NCBI GenBank assembly: GCA_021432655.1
Contig: MU271548.1
Span: 3,203 to 46,209 of the forward strand
Source: Atractiella rhizophila
Lineage: Eukaryota
Length of the DNA: 43,007 nt
Direction of reading: 5' to 3'
The position numbers and the translations under genes were made by a program. Of the stretch, positions 1 to 12,451 are shown piece by piece. How positions within the stretch are numbered: position 1 is the stretch's first letter; every line of letters starts with the position of its first letter. A model generated the notes under the pieces. It saw nothing but the letters and a program-made list of their open reading frames with translations. It was not told the origin of the DNA and ran no database searches.

Positions 1-1245
1 AGATCTATCCTACTACCCACCTCTTACCCGATCTTACCACGAAAGATAGGTGGGATGGCTGATTATAACTATTTCCCATTACATTATCCCTACGCTACCC
101 TGTTTACTGCTTACCGTCACATACTGCCTCGCTTTACGAGTTCGACCTAAACTTAGTGTGACCCTGGTTACCAACGACCAGGTCTAGATGCGGTCTTCTT
201 TGTACGATTAACACGTAAATCCTAGTGGCTCGTTCTGTATTATGTCTAGCGTTTGACCCCTAACTTATGACAAGCGTAGGGACAGCCCATCCGCGAGACC
301 AAAGAGTAAACAAATCGGTTAACAAAAACTGCGAGCCATCTATGACCTAGCACCTACCCCGCTCTCGACGGAGACTAGGTATACGCTGTCCTCCAAAGTC
401 GGCAGAAGTCGCGGATGACGTTACCACGTTGTGAGTGTTACAAATACGGTAGTAGCTAGAAGTGCGTCGCGGACCTCAGAGATGAGGGTTAGTTGTTAAG
501 CGACCAGTAAGGCAGGGGCGAAGAGTCCAACCTAAGATGTTGCTCCTATTGAAACCTTCTCGCTTTGAAAAAGAGACCTTATAGTGCTGAGTATTTTATT
601 GTCTGGGTAGAAAACGGCGCCAAAAGCGAGAACTTCAAGAGTTGCTTGGAACCTGCGTTTTGTGACCGTCGGGTAGGTTGTAGCCGGACTAATGAAGGAT
701 GATGGGCTGTCGAATAGTCTGATAAGCTTCGGCTCTCGTTCTCGACCCCTCCTGTACGAGTTTATGCCCTTGAGGAATGTTTGCTAGAAAGCTGTTCGCT
801 CGGAGAATATGGCTGACGGAGTTGTAGGACAAGTACCTGTGCTTAACCCCGTCACCGCTATCACGATGTAAGGACGGACCTAACTCAGCATTCCAAAAGA
901 AAGTGTAAAGGTTACAGCAAGAGTGTGATAACGTGAAATTTTTCTACAATACAAACTGCTGGTGGCTATGAAGCGTATGTCGGGACTGGAACTATGGTGA
1001 CCGCTTTAAGAGAGCATTTAGAACGTTTAAGACTTCACACGAGACTAGACTGGGCGAAAGATAGCGTCACGGCGAACGCTGTGGTTAGGACACTTCGTTC
1101 CCACGGCGAGGGTTCCAGAAAACCCCTCAAGAGCAGTCAAGAATGGAGGATTGCGCTTAAAAAAACCTGGAAAGACAGGTCCGACCGATGCTGCTTAGTC
1201 TTACCTCTAGACTTTGTGACCTTTGTGACGAAAGATGGTTTTAAT
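1..1245. other. Polarity-reversed segment holding the catalytic exons of the GH5 gene that starts at 2310
   Basis: The complement read left to right (not the reverse complement) gives GT-AG-bounded exons: MMGGEWARM / GCDGTNDEWQCMTERNAQAGFESHWDQW / ITEQDIIQIANWGLNTVRIPVG / YWIVDG..IIDLHAAPGVSTPNQQFAG..ALEVLNEPW..KRSFDKRASYTDCL.. / HVMFDDHRYFAY.. / ..GEFS. These are collinear with the GH5 gene at 32118-34486. Confidence 0.95.
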
Positions 1246-2310
1246 GGTCAGTTTAACCGGGCATGGATATCGAAGAACGAACCAGGGCTCAACGACAAAC
1301 AGTCCTCCTCTTGTTTAAACGATGAAACAATATGCGGGGGATAGAGGACAAAGCGTACAGGTTGACACCTCGAATCTTCCCGGAAGCAAAAGGGAGATTC
1401 ACTTCGTCTACGGGTCAGCCCAAACATTTCAACGGTAAAAGAAGCAATTACGAACCTGAAGCAAAAGGACCTTGATTGTAGGAATTTATCGTCTCGATGT
1501 AGAATCTGCCATCGCCAGAAACACAAATACCACCATGTGCATTCTGTGCAGCAGCACAATTGTTCGCGATGTAGTTGTTTACAGCAGCTTCATGAAACCG
1601 TTAAACAATCTAGAAACATTGCAAAATTTGAAAGAACATACCAAGGTCTGCCGTGCAATAGACAGCCTGAAATCCATTGAATACAGTGTAGGTGCTTAGG
1701 AATATCAACACACATCTTGTCCATCTGAGGCTTGGCTAAAGCGCCATTGTCAACTTTGGCAGGAATAGCATAAACGGCGGACTTGTGGAAAAAGGTCTTG
1801 CAAGAGTTTTTGACGATGGAAGTTTCCTGTCCTGCTTTCGTTGTGAACTGAGAGCCGTACACGCCCACGCTAATCATGCCGCCAATATCCGCACAGTCTC
1901 CTGTGTTGGGACCTTCGAGAGAACACTTCAGCCTGGTCTACTTCAAAGAAAAGGGAGTACACACCAGTACCCGCATCCCCTGTGATCACATCAACCATTC
2001 TTTAAACGTTTCTTCCTTTAGGCGTAGCATGGGTCAAAAACGCACCCGTGTAGCAGAAGGCTTTTGCAGAAGTTGTCAGCTCATAGACCCATGCACGTTA
2101 GAGGAATGCATACTAGTGCATTGACCTCCACATTCATTCGTCGTTCTCTTTCCCAGCTCCCCAGAGCCGTTGTAGACGGAGTGAAACTCTGCTCTCTTCA
2201 ACTTCTCCTTCAGCACCGGGTCATCCCAACCAGTGCTGGTACCAGTGTGGATAGAAGCAGCGTACGATGGCCTGCAAGGCCATAAAGGCAAAGAATGCGT
2301 TCTGGAGCAT
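1246..2310 (-). CDS. 5' part of a secreted GH5 beta-glucanase (GH5_15 beta-1,6-glucanase-like) with signal peptide, propeptide and 8-Cys N-terminal domain; continues in the reversed segment 1-1245; 3' end missing
   Basis: Manual splicing gives MLQNAFFAFMALQAI/RAEF..GKRTTNECGGQCT/TFCYT/GDAGT/GPNTGDCADIGG..KNSCKTFFHN..YCTADL/AAVNNYIANNC..GGICVSGDGRFYIE..GPFAS/VNLPFASGKIRGVNL/GGLFVVEPW. This aligns with the gene at 32118. A TATA-like tttataa lies near 2375. Confidence 0.88.
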
Positions 2311-2373
2311 GGTCTATGGTCTAGATGGACTTGGCTTCACAGATTCATGGAGACAGACATCAACAAGCCTCCG

Positions 2374-3585
2374 TTATAAACTAAGGGAGTATGGCCATAC
2401 TTCGGACCGTACAGGACGCATGAGGATGGCAAGGACATGGTTCCGCGTGTCCATTACTTCCCGCGTTGCGTCTTGGGAGAATGAAGAGAGGATAAGCAAG
2501 CAATAGATCGATTCAGCGCTGATCCGTAGATAGATCGCCTGTTGTTCATTTGGCTGTTGCTTGCGTGAGGAAAGCCAATTCAAACCCCAGAATACAGGAC
2601 GGTATCGCTCTCCGCGGGGTCGATGGACCGGATTACATCCACGTGTGCGGTTCAACGAATGGGGAGAGGATAAGTAAAGAGAGGTCAGGTGAGGTGTAGA
2701 GCACAAGGACGAAGCTTGAAAATAGCAGCGATGATGCGTGCTTTGGGAGATGAATGGTGTAGAAGCGCTGACAGTCTGGCCGAGGTACACAATGCCACTC
2801 ATCTGCACCTTTTTACCTCTGATGATTGGGAAAGAAGTCGTGCTGGCAGAAAAAGGGACTGACTTAGCGTCCGGAAAGATGACGGGAGGGAGCTCAGCGG
2901 TTAACTCGACCATACCAGAATATTCCTGTAACCGACGTCTTCCATGGGGATAAAACCCTCGTTAACCGTCGTCGACCCTCCAGAATATGGTAAGACTGTT
3001 GACGGCTAAAGGTAAGAAGGTAACGACTGGAAATAGTTTGGAAGGACCGTCCGCTGGTGTGCGCCTGGGTCTACTATTCTCTTTGAGCCATCGTGAGGTA
3101 TCCTCGCCTGACCTCATTGGGCCTAGCCAGTTCCATCCAGAAGAGTTGGAGAAAACGGAGACACAATCTTTAGTGTTCTGTCGCAAATATTGGAGATAGT
3201 CGGAAAACGCAACACCATCAAGTGACAGCTCCATCTGTGAACGCAATGATCCATGGAGCGACGAATGACGGCGAGGTGGAACATCCTCAAGCGTATCGTT
3301 TGCCAGTCCTTGCGCTCCCCCAGAGACGAAACTGGCGTGTCAATCGGGGTGGAAACAAGCCATTGATTGCTAGCCACTTGTAAAGATACCTACTGCGCCT
3401 CTTCTCAGCCAACATTTGTCTTTCTTTCTTACTAATGTGCAATAGCAGATCTCTCTTTCATGAAAACTTGGACGAAATGCCTGCAGCCGCAGGAACATAA
3501 TTGGGGAACCTAGAACAGAATTTGTCGGCTTAACGCTAGTGGTCATTCTAATCTTCTCCTTCATTTGAACACATTGTGGGACTCT
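2374..3585 (-). other. Possible hypothetical or degraded multi-exon gene
   Basis: Stacked minus-strand ORF fragments (2374-2913, 2962-3246) with splice-like signals; no recognisable motif. Confidence 0.2.
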
Positions 3586-5753
3586 CAACGTAAGCCCAAA
3601 GAAGGGTCATTTTCATTCATCAAACACAAAAATATGGGACTTTCCAACTTTCAGGGATGAATCCTCAATAGCTTTGGGAGCAGCTTGTTTCATTCTCCAC
3701 TGTAACTCATCCTCCCGTTCCTCACGGATTCAACACGCGCCGTTGAAGATCATCATTCTTGGTCCTCCTCTTCCTTGGAAGCTAACAAAGCAACAGTTGG
3801 CGAAACGAACACCGCCGAGCAAGGGAACACATCTGAACGTTGATAATGGCTCCAATATTTTACTTTAAAAGGACGAGTAGAGGAATATCTCTCCTCGCTA
3901 GCAAGAACCCGAGCGATTCTTTAAAAGTCAAAGTACCTCTCCTTGCTCGCTTCACATGGATCAGCTTGAACACTAGCGAATTGTCCCAACGAGCACGAAG
4001 GACACCAACACAGTGAGAGACAGAGACTGATAGAACGTACGCTCCACTCTTATTAATTCTCTATGCATCATAAACGACAGCCCTGCATTGATACGTTAGC
4101 TCCTTTTATTATACCAGTCGACGAGATTGAGTTGGTCATGATGCATGGTCGTTTCAATTACAAAAACAAACCGATTCCAGTTCAGAAAGAGGGGAGGCCG
4201 ATAATCTCCAGCTCGAATTTATGATAAAGACGCAGGTAAAGATGGGAAGAAAAAGATGTTGGGTCGACAATTACCACAGAAAAATACTACTACTGTAAAA
4301 GATCATATACATAAATAATCCAATGGACTATATATCCTCTCCTCCCGCTCCCACCTCTATCCCCAAAAACGGCCACAAAAAACAATCCTCAGCATCTACT
4401 GACCCTGTTCAAACCATCCCTCCTCCAACCGTCCCGTCCCGCTCCTTCCCCTCCCACCATTTCCACTCCCACTCCCTTTCCCCTTCCCCTTCCCATCCGC
4501 TCCAGCAAAGCCGCCGACAATGACCGCGCTCTTCCTCGGCACGTGCCCATACGTCCTACCCCCTCCGATTCCAGAAAGGTCGCTCCTATTCTTCCTCCTC
4601 CTCTCCCTCCCCGACATCCTCCTCCCACCCGTCAAACTTCCCATCCCAATTCCATCTACTCAACGTAAGCCCACAGAAGGGTCATTTCATCAAACACAAA
4701 GTTTCCAAGATCAGGAATGAATATTAATGAATCCCCAATAGCTTTGAGAGCAGCTTCCTTCATTCTCCACTGTAACTCATCCCCTGGTTCCTCACGGATT
4801 CAACCCACAACCTTGAACATCCTCCTCTTCCTTGGAGATTCCTTCCTCACCTCGTTCACCCAACAAAGCGACGGTTGGCGAAACGAACACCGCTGAGCGA
4901 GCGAACACATCTGAACGTTGATAATAGCTCCAATATTTTACTTTATGAGACGCATAGAGGAGCATCTCTGCTCGGCAGCAAGAAGCCGTGCGACTGTCTC
5001 AGAGTCAAAGTACCTTGCTCCTTGTTCGCTTCATGTGGATCAACTTGAACACCCGCGAATTGTCCCAACGAGCACGAAGGACATCAACCCAGTGAGAGAC
5101 AGAGACTGATAGAACGCACGCTCCACTCTTATCTCAATAAGCGCACAGCATTGCTTCTCTGTGCATCATAGACGACAGCCCTGCATTGATACGTTAGCTC
5201 CTTTTATTATACCAGTCAACGAAATCGAGTTGGTCGTGATGCATGGTCGTTTCGATCACAAAAAGAAATCGATTCCAGTTCAGCAAACGGGAGCCGATAA
5301 TCTCCAGCTCGAATTTATGATAAAGACGCAGGTAAAGATGGGAAGAAAAAGATGTTGGGTCGACAATTACCACAGAAAAATACTACTACTGTAAAAGATC
5401 ATACATAAATAATCCAATGGACTATATATCCTCTCCTCCCACTCCCAACTCTATCCCCAAAAAACGGCCACAAAACACCAACGCTTAGTCATCTACTGAC
5501 CCTGTTCAAACCATCCCTCCTCCAACCGTCCCGTCCCGCTCCTTCCCCTCCCACCACTTCCACTTCCACTCCCTTTCCCCTTCCCCTTCCCATCTGCCCC
5601 AGCAAATCCGCCCACAATCACCGCGCTCTTCCTCGGCACGTGCCCATACGTCCTACCCCCTCCAATTCCCGAGAGATCGCTCCTATTCTTCCTCCTCCTC
5701 TCCCTCCCCGACATCCTCCTCCCACCCCCCAAACTTCCCATCCCAATTCCATC
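3585..5753. repeat. Diverged head-to-tail tandem duplication, ~1.08-kb units (3585-4657 and 4658-5753)
   Basis: Both units begin ctcaacgtaagccca-agaagggtcattt and end ..cttcccatcccaattccatct. They share long near-identical blocks (e.g. gataatctccagctcgaatttatgataaagacgcagg) with SNPs and indels. Confidence 0.95.
4396..4657 (-). pseudogene. Duplicated 3' coding fragment of the DedA/VTT gene
   Basis: Translates to essentially the same C-terminus (..RRMSGRERRRKNRSDLSGIGGGRTYGHVPRKSAVIVGG..LEEGWFEQGQ) as 5493-5753 but lacks all upstream exons. Confidence 0.85.
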
Positions 5754-7253
5754 TCCTCTCCCTCCCACCCCATTCCCGGCACCGGTCAAGAGACTGACAT
5801 GGGCAAGGAGCGCCGTCACCGCTCTCTGCAGCTGGTTCTTCGCCACCAGAGGGACGGTAGAGACCAAGCTGACAAACAAGAGCTTTCCGACCATCCTCGC
5901 ATTCCATATGCCTCCGATCCCCTCTTCGCTCGCGCCGGCCAGGGCCAGGATCTCGCCGCACTGGGTGGTGACGTAGTTGTAGGGCCAGCTGCCGACGACG
6001 ATGGTCCAGAAGAACGGTTGGCGGGGGTGGTGGAGGACGCCGGAGACGAGGTTGAGGACGGAGTAGGGGAGGAGGGGGAAGAGACGGGCGAGGAGGAGGG
6101 AGGAGGTGAATTGGGAGGAGGTGGGAGAGGGGAGGGTGCGTTTTGTGAGCGAGAGGGGCGTGGGGAGGTAGTATGATACCTACAACATATCCAACAAATG
6201 AGATTTAGTGTTTGAGTGGAGAGAGGGGAGAACGAACGAGAGGAGAGAAGATCCGAGCGAGCTCGTAGGCAAAGAGAGAGCCGAGAGCGGTGAGGAGACA
6301 GGAGTAGAGTGTGGCGGCCCAGGTGGAGTAGAGAGCGCCGAGGAGCATGTTCATGAGTATGCTTCCAGGGATGGAAAACGTTTGTTTGAAGAGGAGCAAC
6401 ACGCTGTTCCAAATAGCCGAACATCAGCCGTCACTCCAGCCTTCATTGACAAAGCAAAAAAGGGCAAAGAAAGAGAGCAAAATACACACCATAGAACAGA
6501 GAGTACGTGCACCTCTGCACTCCATGAACTTGTACGGTACTCTTGTAGGCCTTTAAATATGCCCAGCACATCCTTCGCTTCGTGTGGGATCTTCAAAGCT
6601 GGTAACGTGGAGACGAGGAAAGCACAGATTGCGAGGGAGGAGAGGAAGACGACGGATAATATGAGCAGTCCTCTCCGCAACACTCCCGGTTCGAGTATGA
6701 TCGGAGGTTCGAGTAACGGAGGAGGGAGATGGGATGTCGGTTTGGATGTATCTGGATCGGAGGGAGGGTTCGACGTGGGCGGAGTGGACGAGGTGGATGC
6801 TTCTTCCGAGAGAAGATCGTCCATCTCCAACGACACATCGCTCCCATTCTCCCTCCTTCTCTCCTTCCCCTTCATCGACACACCTCCTTGTAAAAGAGCG
6901 AGCGCTGATCCGGCCTCATCCCCGATCCCACTCCCGGCCTTCACATTCATTTCCTCATTCGATGAGTCCTCGCTCGACTCTTCCACCTTCGCCACCGCCG
7001 GCTGCAAGTTCGGATTGCTCGAGTCCTGGGTCTGTCCATTCGTCACGCTCCGCGCTCTGATCCGCTGCGCACTCGTCGACGCATCCGGCCTGAGGTTGAC
7101 CGCGGAGGGCATCACGTCCATCGGCGGGCTGAGAATGGTGCGCGTGGGGGTGAGGGGCAGCGACTGGGAGTGGGCGTGGGGCGGGTGCGAGGGGAGAAGG
7201 GGCGAGGGCGAGGGAGGCGGAGAGAAGGTGAGGAACAGTTTAGGTGCTTTCAT
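5493..7253 (-). CDS. DedA/VTT (SNARE-associated, TMEM41/Tvp38-like) membrane protein
   Basis: Motifs KQTFSIPGSILMNMLLGALY..LLTALGSLFAYELAR and LLARLFPLLPYSVLNLVSGVL..FFWTIVVGSWPYNYVT; disordered Pro/Ser-rich N-terminus; about 3 exons; start codon uncertain. Confidence 0.85.
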
Positions 7254-8622
7254 GGTGTGTGTGCCACCGTTTGCGATCGCCTTTTTCTCTTCTAGTTCCG
7301 CCGGAAACGGGCCGAGTATTCCTTTATTGGCCAATTGCCAAGACAAGGCGGAGAAAAGAGCGAGTATTCGACTTTGTGGGCTGACATGCTCATGTGGAAA
7401 GCTGGGCTGTTCATTGTTTGTTACTAAAGCATGTTCTAGGTCTCAGCGATATGAGTTGATTCTTCGAGCTGTAGCGCTAGGCAGCTATGCAGAGAGAGCT
7501 CTCTATGGGTACACATGAAGGCAGTCGAAAGACGTGTTTGTCCAACCACTACGTGCTCCCTCTTTCATGAGCAGTTAGAAGGCCTAATACAGAGTACTTC
7601 TTGCGCATGAGCGACTCAAAAGCTCGATTCAATGCATGGTACCATATCACAAGATTGAAGACCTTCCTCCCTCTTAATTTCTTCCGAAAAGACCTTGCTC
7701 TGTCCTCCATCATCGCTTGACGTCTGAATTCCATCAAGATGGAGTGGTTGAGCGACTTAGAATTGTTTAAAAACATTTCGTTGCCTCGTTTGATGATACG
7801 AGTGTGAGAACAGGACGATTTACAGAAGATATCGAGTCTTTGTAACTCACGTGATGACACAAAAAGAAAAAAACATTCTTTCTTTGCTGAGAGATATGGA
7901 CCCAATAAATCTTGACATTGTTTACTAGCAGTGATGATGTGGTGGTCAAAAAATACGATGGAGCTGATCCCCTGTCCATTTAGCATTCAGCTTATTCTCT
8001 CTGTTCAGCAAAACACTGCGAGCTGCACCGTCCTTTGTCTGGCCGTGACGCTGTATGAATGAGCGAATGCTTCCGTAGGTGGAAAGGGCAAGGCCAATCA
8101 CCCTCAGAGAAGGCCAGCGTTTGTTAGCAGCTCCATCAGGAGGGAGAGATGAGCGATAACAGTCTGAAAGACGAAATTGGCTCTATGTGAATCGGATGGA
8201 TACAGATTTTGTTCTCGAGTGCCCATCCATTGTGTGGCGGTTGAAAGTGCAACCGTGTGACGAAGAGGTTCTCCTAAGGTCGGATCACTAAGGATGAGAC
8301 GGTGACTGTTGCCACCTCACCATGCTCACGCGCTCATATCCAATGATTGTCAGGATTTGAAAGGGAGAAGATGAGATATAGTGCACCTAGCAATGATGTC
8401 TGCTATAGCTATTTCGAAACAGGCTCCACGGACCACTAGCTCATGCGGGGTCCCCTCCCCCAACCAGTAGCTCTTGCGGGGAGAGGTGGAGGGAGGCGTG
8501 ACGCGTATCACGACGAGGCCATCCGGGCCTTCTTCCGAATGCTCTCCCCCTTTTCTTTACATCTATATCTATCTCTTCGTCACTCCACCTGGTAGCGCTC
8601 CAAGGACGGAGTTTCAAACACC

Positions 8623-11600
8623 ATGCCTCTCCAGCTCCCCCTCTCTGCCGCCTTACTTCTGCTTCTGCCTTTGACGGCAGAGGCAGCAAGAATCGCCCTC
8701 ACTCCTCCTCCGAATCCGACATCGACTTCAAAACGTCCTGACACCCTCAATGCATTATGGAGTGTCGGACCTGGCAAGGACTGGTACTATCAAGCATACC
8801 CCATGTTCGTCTCTCCTTGCTTTCCCTTCCATTGATCTTGATTGTCAAACTTGGGATGCATTAAAGAGGAAACGGGTACCTGGGCGAGATGACGACGGGT
8901 TCACCAGACTTGGACACCCATTGGGTCCGTTCTCCCATCTCTTCATGTCAACGGTGTAATCCTGAACCATTGCGTGCAGCTCAACATCCACTCGTTGTGG
9001 CTTGGTGGGCCATTCAGAAACGCTTCATACAGTGGTGGCGTACGTTTCTTGAGCTTTCACATTCCAACCATGGAGCGGAAAGGGCCAAGCTCAAGAGGGA
9101 CATGTAGAATCCACCAGCTTCGACAGCGGATTATTATGCCCAGGAACTGGCCGCTGCGCGTGCTAGGATATTTGCGAATGGAACCGGACAGATTGACAAT
9201 CTTCTTGGACCAGGCTCAGACGACTATGTGGGTTTGCATTCCCTCACCAGCAGCTTTGTGGTCATTGATACATTCTTTTCTTTTTCATAACAGGGTACAT
9301 ACATCACGGCAGGGTCACTCAATATCTCGTCTCCTTTTAGACTCGATGATCTCACCTCCTACACTCGAGCGTTGGACATGGATAGAGGCTTGATAAACGT
9401 GACTTGGAGCGATTCATCAGGGAATTATGAGCGGTGAGCTTCAAACTCACTCGTCAGAATAGCAAACTAAAAGTCTGTCCAGTGTCTCATTTTGTTCATA
9501 CCCCGCCAGTCTCTGTGCGACCAACACAATCTCTTCCGTACCCATCAACTTCACTTATACTTTGGGAACGCCTATGTCTTTCGTTCCGAAGGCAAAATGT
9601 GTCTCGGAACAAACATCAAAGGCGTCGGCATCGCTCTGGCTTGGAGGAGAAGTGACGAACGACACGTACGGAGTGGATGCTATGTCATATGGTATCTTAG
9701 CATCGGTGCACGCCGACGATGGGGCGGCCGTTCAATGCGAGGACAATGCAGACGGAGCGAAAGTACTGGTGACGGGAGCTACAGAGTGTCGGGTTGTTTG
9801 GAGCGGTGAGACCAACTTTGACCTCTCTCGTTGTGGAAAGGATGGCGGATATTCTTGTCGCGGCAATGACGAAGCCGGTACCCTTCCGGTGTCGAACGTG
9901 AATGTGGCAAGCGTGAAAAGTTTTGACGATTTACTGGGTTCGTTTTCTGCCGCCGTCACAGCCTAGAGGTGATTAACAGCGACGAGTAGCTGAACACATC
10001 CAAGACTACGCTGCTCTCTCGGGTGCCTTCAAGTTGGATATTGGGCAGTCATCTAACGAGGAAGACATCAACACGCCAACTGATCAGCTGACTGAACGTT
10101 ACGACTATTCGGTCGGGAACGCTTTACTCGAATGGAATGTTTTCAATTTTGGGAGGCATCTGTTGATCAGCAGTGCGCGAAAGGGAAAGGATCGACCTCA
10201 TCATAACCTGCCTCCGAATCTTCAAGGTATTTGGTTACAAGATGTCTCCGGTATGATTGTTGCCGCTTTACGGGGTTATTCCTTGCTGACGTCGAATTTC
10301 TAGGTCCTTGGGGAGCAGGTAATTACTTCTCTCGTGATATGTAGAAGTTAAAGAGTGTTAGACTACCATCTCGATATTAACATTCAAATGTATCAATGGG
10401 CTGGAGAGACAACAGGGATTGGGGAAGGGATCGAGAATATGGGTTACTGGATGCTCGTATGTCGTTATCTTTTGCTTTCGCGAATTCCTTCTCACTAAAG
10501 ATCAACAATTGCAGTACGCGCTGAAAGATCGTGGGACGGAGACCGCACAAGTTCTTTATAATGCCAGCGGATACACGGCCCATACCGAAAGCAATCGTAA
10601 GACCTCGAAGCTCAGTTGTCTAGGCTGACGTGCCTTTACTCAGTGTTTGGATATACCGGAATGAAGGTGGGACCGTCCTTCCATATGTGAACTGCATCTG
10701 AGAGGCATTCACGCAGGGGGCGGGATCACCTTCTCATCCACAGGTATTGAATTCCTCAACGATTCCACAGTTGACAAATTAGATCGCAGTGGGCAGATAT
10801 GTCGTCTCTGCCTGCTTGGCTATTGCAACACTTGCATGATCACCTAGATTACAATCCATCGGAAGTCGATTTCTTCAGAGAAGTTACATGGCCCTTGATG
10901 AAGGTGAGTTGTATTTAGCGATCCTCATAATGTGCTGAAAGAACGCCAGGATCATGCAAAATTTCAGATGTCATTCCTCGTAGAAGACCAATACTTCAAT
11001 GACTCAACTCTTGTTATTAATCCATGCAACTCAGCGGAGCAGAGTATGTTGCACTTTGATCTAGGAAGGCCAATGCTGAGAGTGGGCAGCAACCGTCTCT
11101 TTCGGGTGCACTGAGAACCAAAATGCGATTTGGGAGCTGCTCCACGACATCAGGAAGGATTGGGAACCATCTGGAGAGACCGACACAGAATTCCTCTCTA
11201 ATGTGGAGTCGACCTTGGAGCGACTCTCAGACGGCGTCAGAATTGGTGCGTGTCGTAGCCGACAAGGTATTGATACCTGACGAACACAGGGAGTTGGGGA
11301 CAGTTTCAAGGCTCGTACTGGTATTGTTTCGACGTCCGCATAATTTATTGTCAATCTAGAATGGAAAATTGACTACGACAACCCGCAAGATCAGCACAGG
11401 CATCTTTCTCACCTTCTGGGGACGTATCCCGGCTACCAAGGTTTGTCAACCTCTCATGTCTTCCAAGATCAAACTCAGCATAAACTTGTCCTAGTGAGCG
11501 GATATCTCGGAGATTCTCTTAAAAACCAAACGGTGCTGGACGCTGTCGCAGTCTCTTTGAATGCACGAGGCAAATGTTTCTTCTACATTCATTCTTCTGC

Positions 11601-12379
11601 TGTGTCTTTAAAGCTTACCTGGGCTGTATGGCAGGCAAAGGAACGTCCGATTCAGATGCTGGTTGGGAAAAGGTTTCAATTCTGCTGACTGAGAATCGTC
11701 CCTCACCCTAAACGCAGATTATGCGTTCTGTTGTTGCTAGCTCTTTGGGTAACAGTACTTGGGCGACGTTTCAGCTACGGTACACAATATGGTCGTCAGT
11801 GTACACTTCCCTCTCCTTCACTCCTGCTCATACTACCTCAGTAACCTTGCGGGCAATCTCCTGTCGATGTATAGCGGACACAAGGCACTGTTCCAGTTTG
11901 TGAGTAGCCCCTTCGTATAGAGATATATGACAAGTTGTGCCGCTTTGCCTAGGATGCCAATGGTGGAGCCCCAGCAGCTGTGGTGAACATGCTTTATCGG
12001 TCACTTGATTCAACACTTGAGTGCGTTCATTGTCCTCATATCTTGCTGTCATATCAGCAGGCACAGTCTGATCTCCCGCAGGTTCCGGAACGAGACGCGT
12101 ATCACGATCCTGCCTGCATTGTCTCCTTCTTGGCCATCAAGCTCTTTTACTGGCGGCAGGGCCAGAGATGGTATTGGAATCTCTCTTGTTTGGGAGAACA
12201 GTGTACCTCAGAGCATCCAGCTCATCGCGGACAAAGCTGTCAAAGATCGAACAGTTGCTTTGATCTCGAACACATTTCAAGGCAAGCGCGCCGAAGGCGC
12301 TGGTGTGATCCAGCGAAGTGGCACAGAGATTGCCGTGTTGCTCAGGAGAGGCCAAAATCTCAAGATAACGTTCACATGA
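8623..12379 (+). CDS. Secreted GH95 alpha-L-fucosidase-like glycoside hydrolase (many exons)
   Basis: Signal peptide MPLQLPLSAALLLLLPLTAEA; family-typical motifs GNGYLG, QLNIHSLWLGGP, FNFGRHLLISSAR, LPPNLQGIW, YHLDIN, HRHLSHL, DANGG and ILPALSPSW..GGRARDG. Confidence 0.9.
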
Positions 12380-12451
12380 TGAGTGTTTGACAGTCAATAA
12401 AGGCATGGTGAAAGGAAATCCAGTTGAATCATGTATGTTGTGCAATAAATA

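Noticed and set aside
994..1344. 116-aa plus-strand ORF
   Set aside because: It lies mostly in the polarity-reversed segment and straddles its junction; the real coding information is in the complement.
1470..3585. Possible DNA transposon suggested by Cys/His-rich ORF fragments
   Set aside because: 1470-2310 resolves into GH5 exons; no transposase motif or terminal repeats were seen in the remainder.
4770..5300. Stop-interrupted plus-strand frame with Cys pairs (possible decayed zinc finger)
   Set aside because: The motif spacing is unconvincing and splice-like signals point to the opposite strand; it cannot be assigned.
6208..7518. 436-aa plus-strand ORF (also 5640-6176 + and 5816-6424 -)
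   Set aside because: These are antisense or off-frame shadows of the GC-rich, low-complexity DedA/VTT gene, with no motifs.
7549..7986. 145-aa minus-strand ORF
   Set aside because: No recognisable motif or supporting exon structure; it sits in the spacer between divergent genes.
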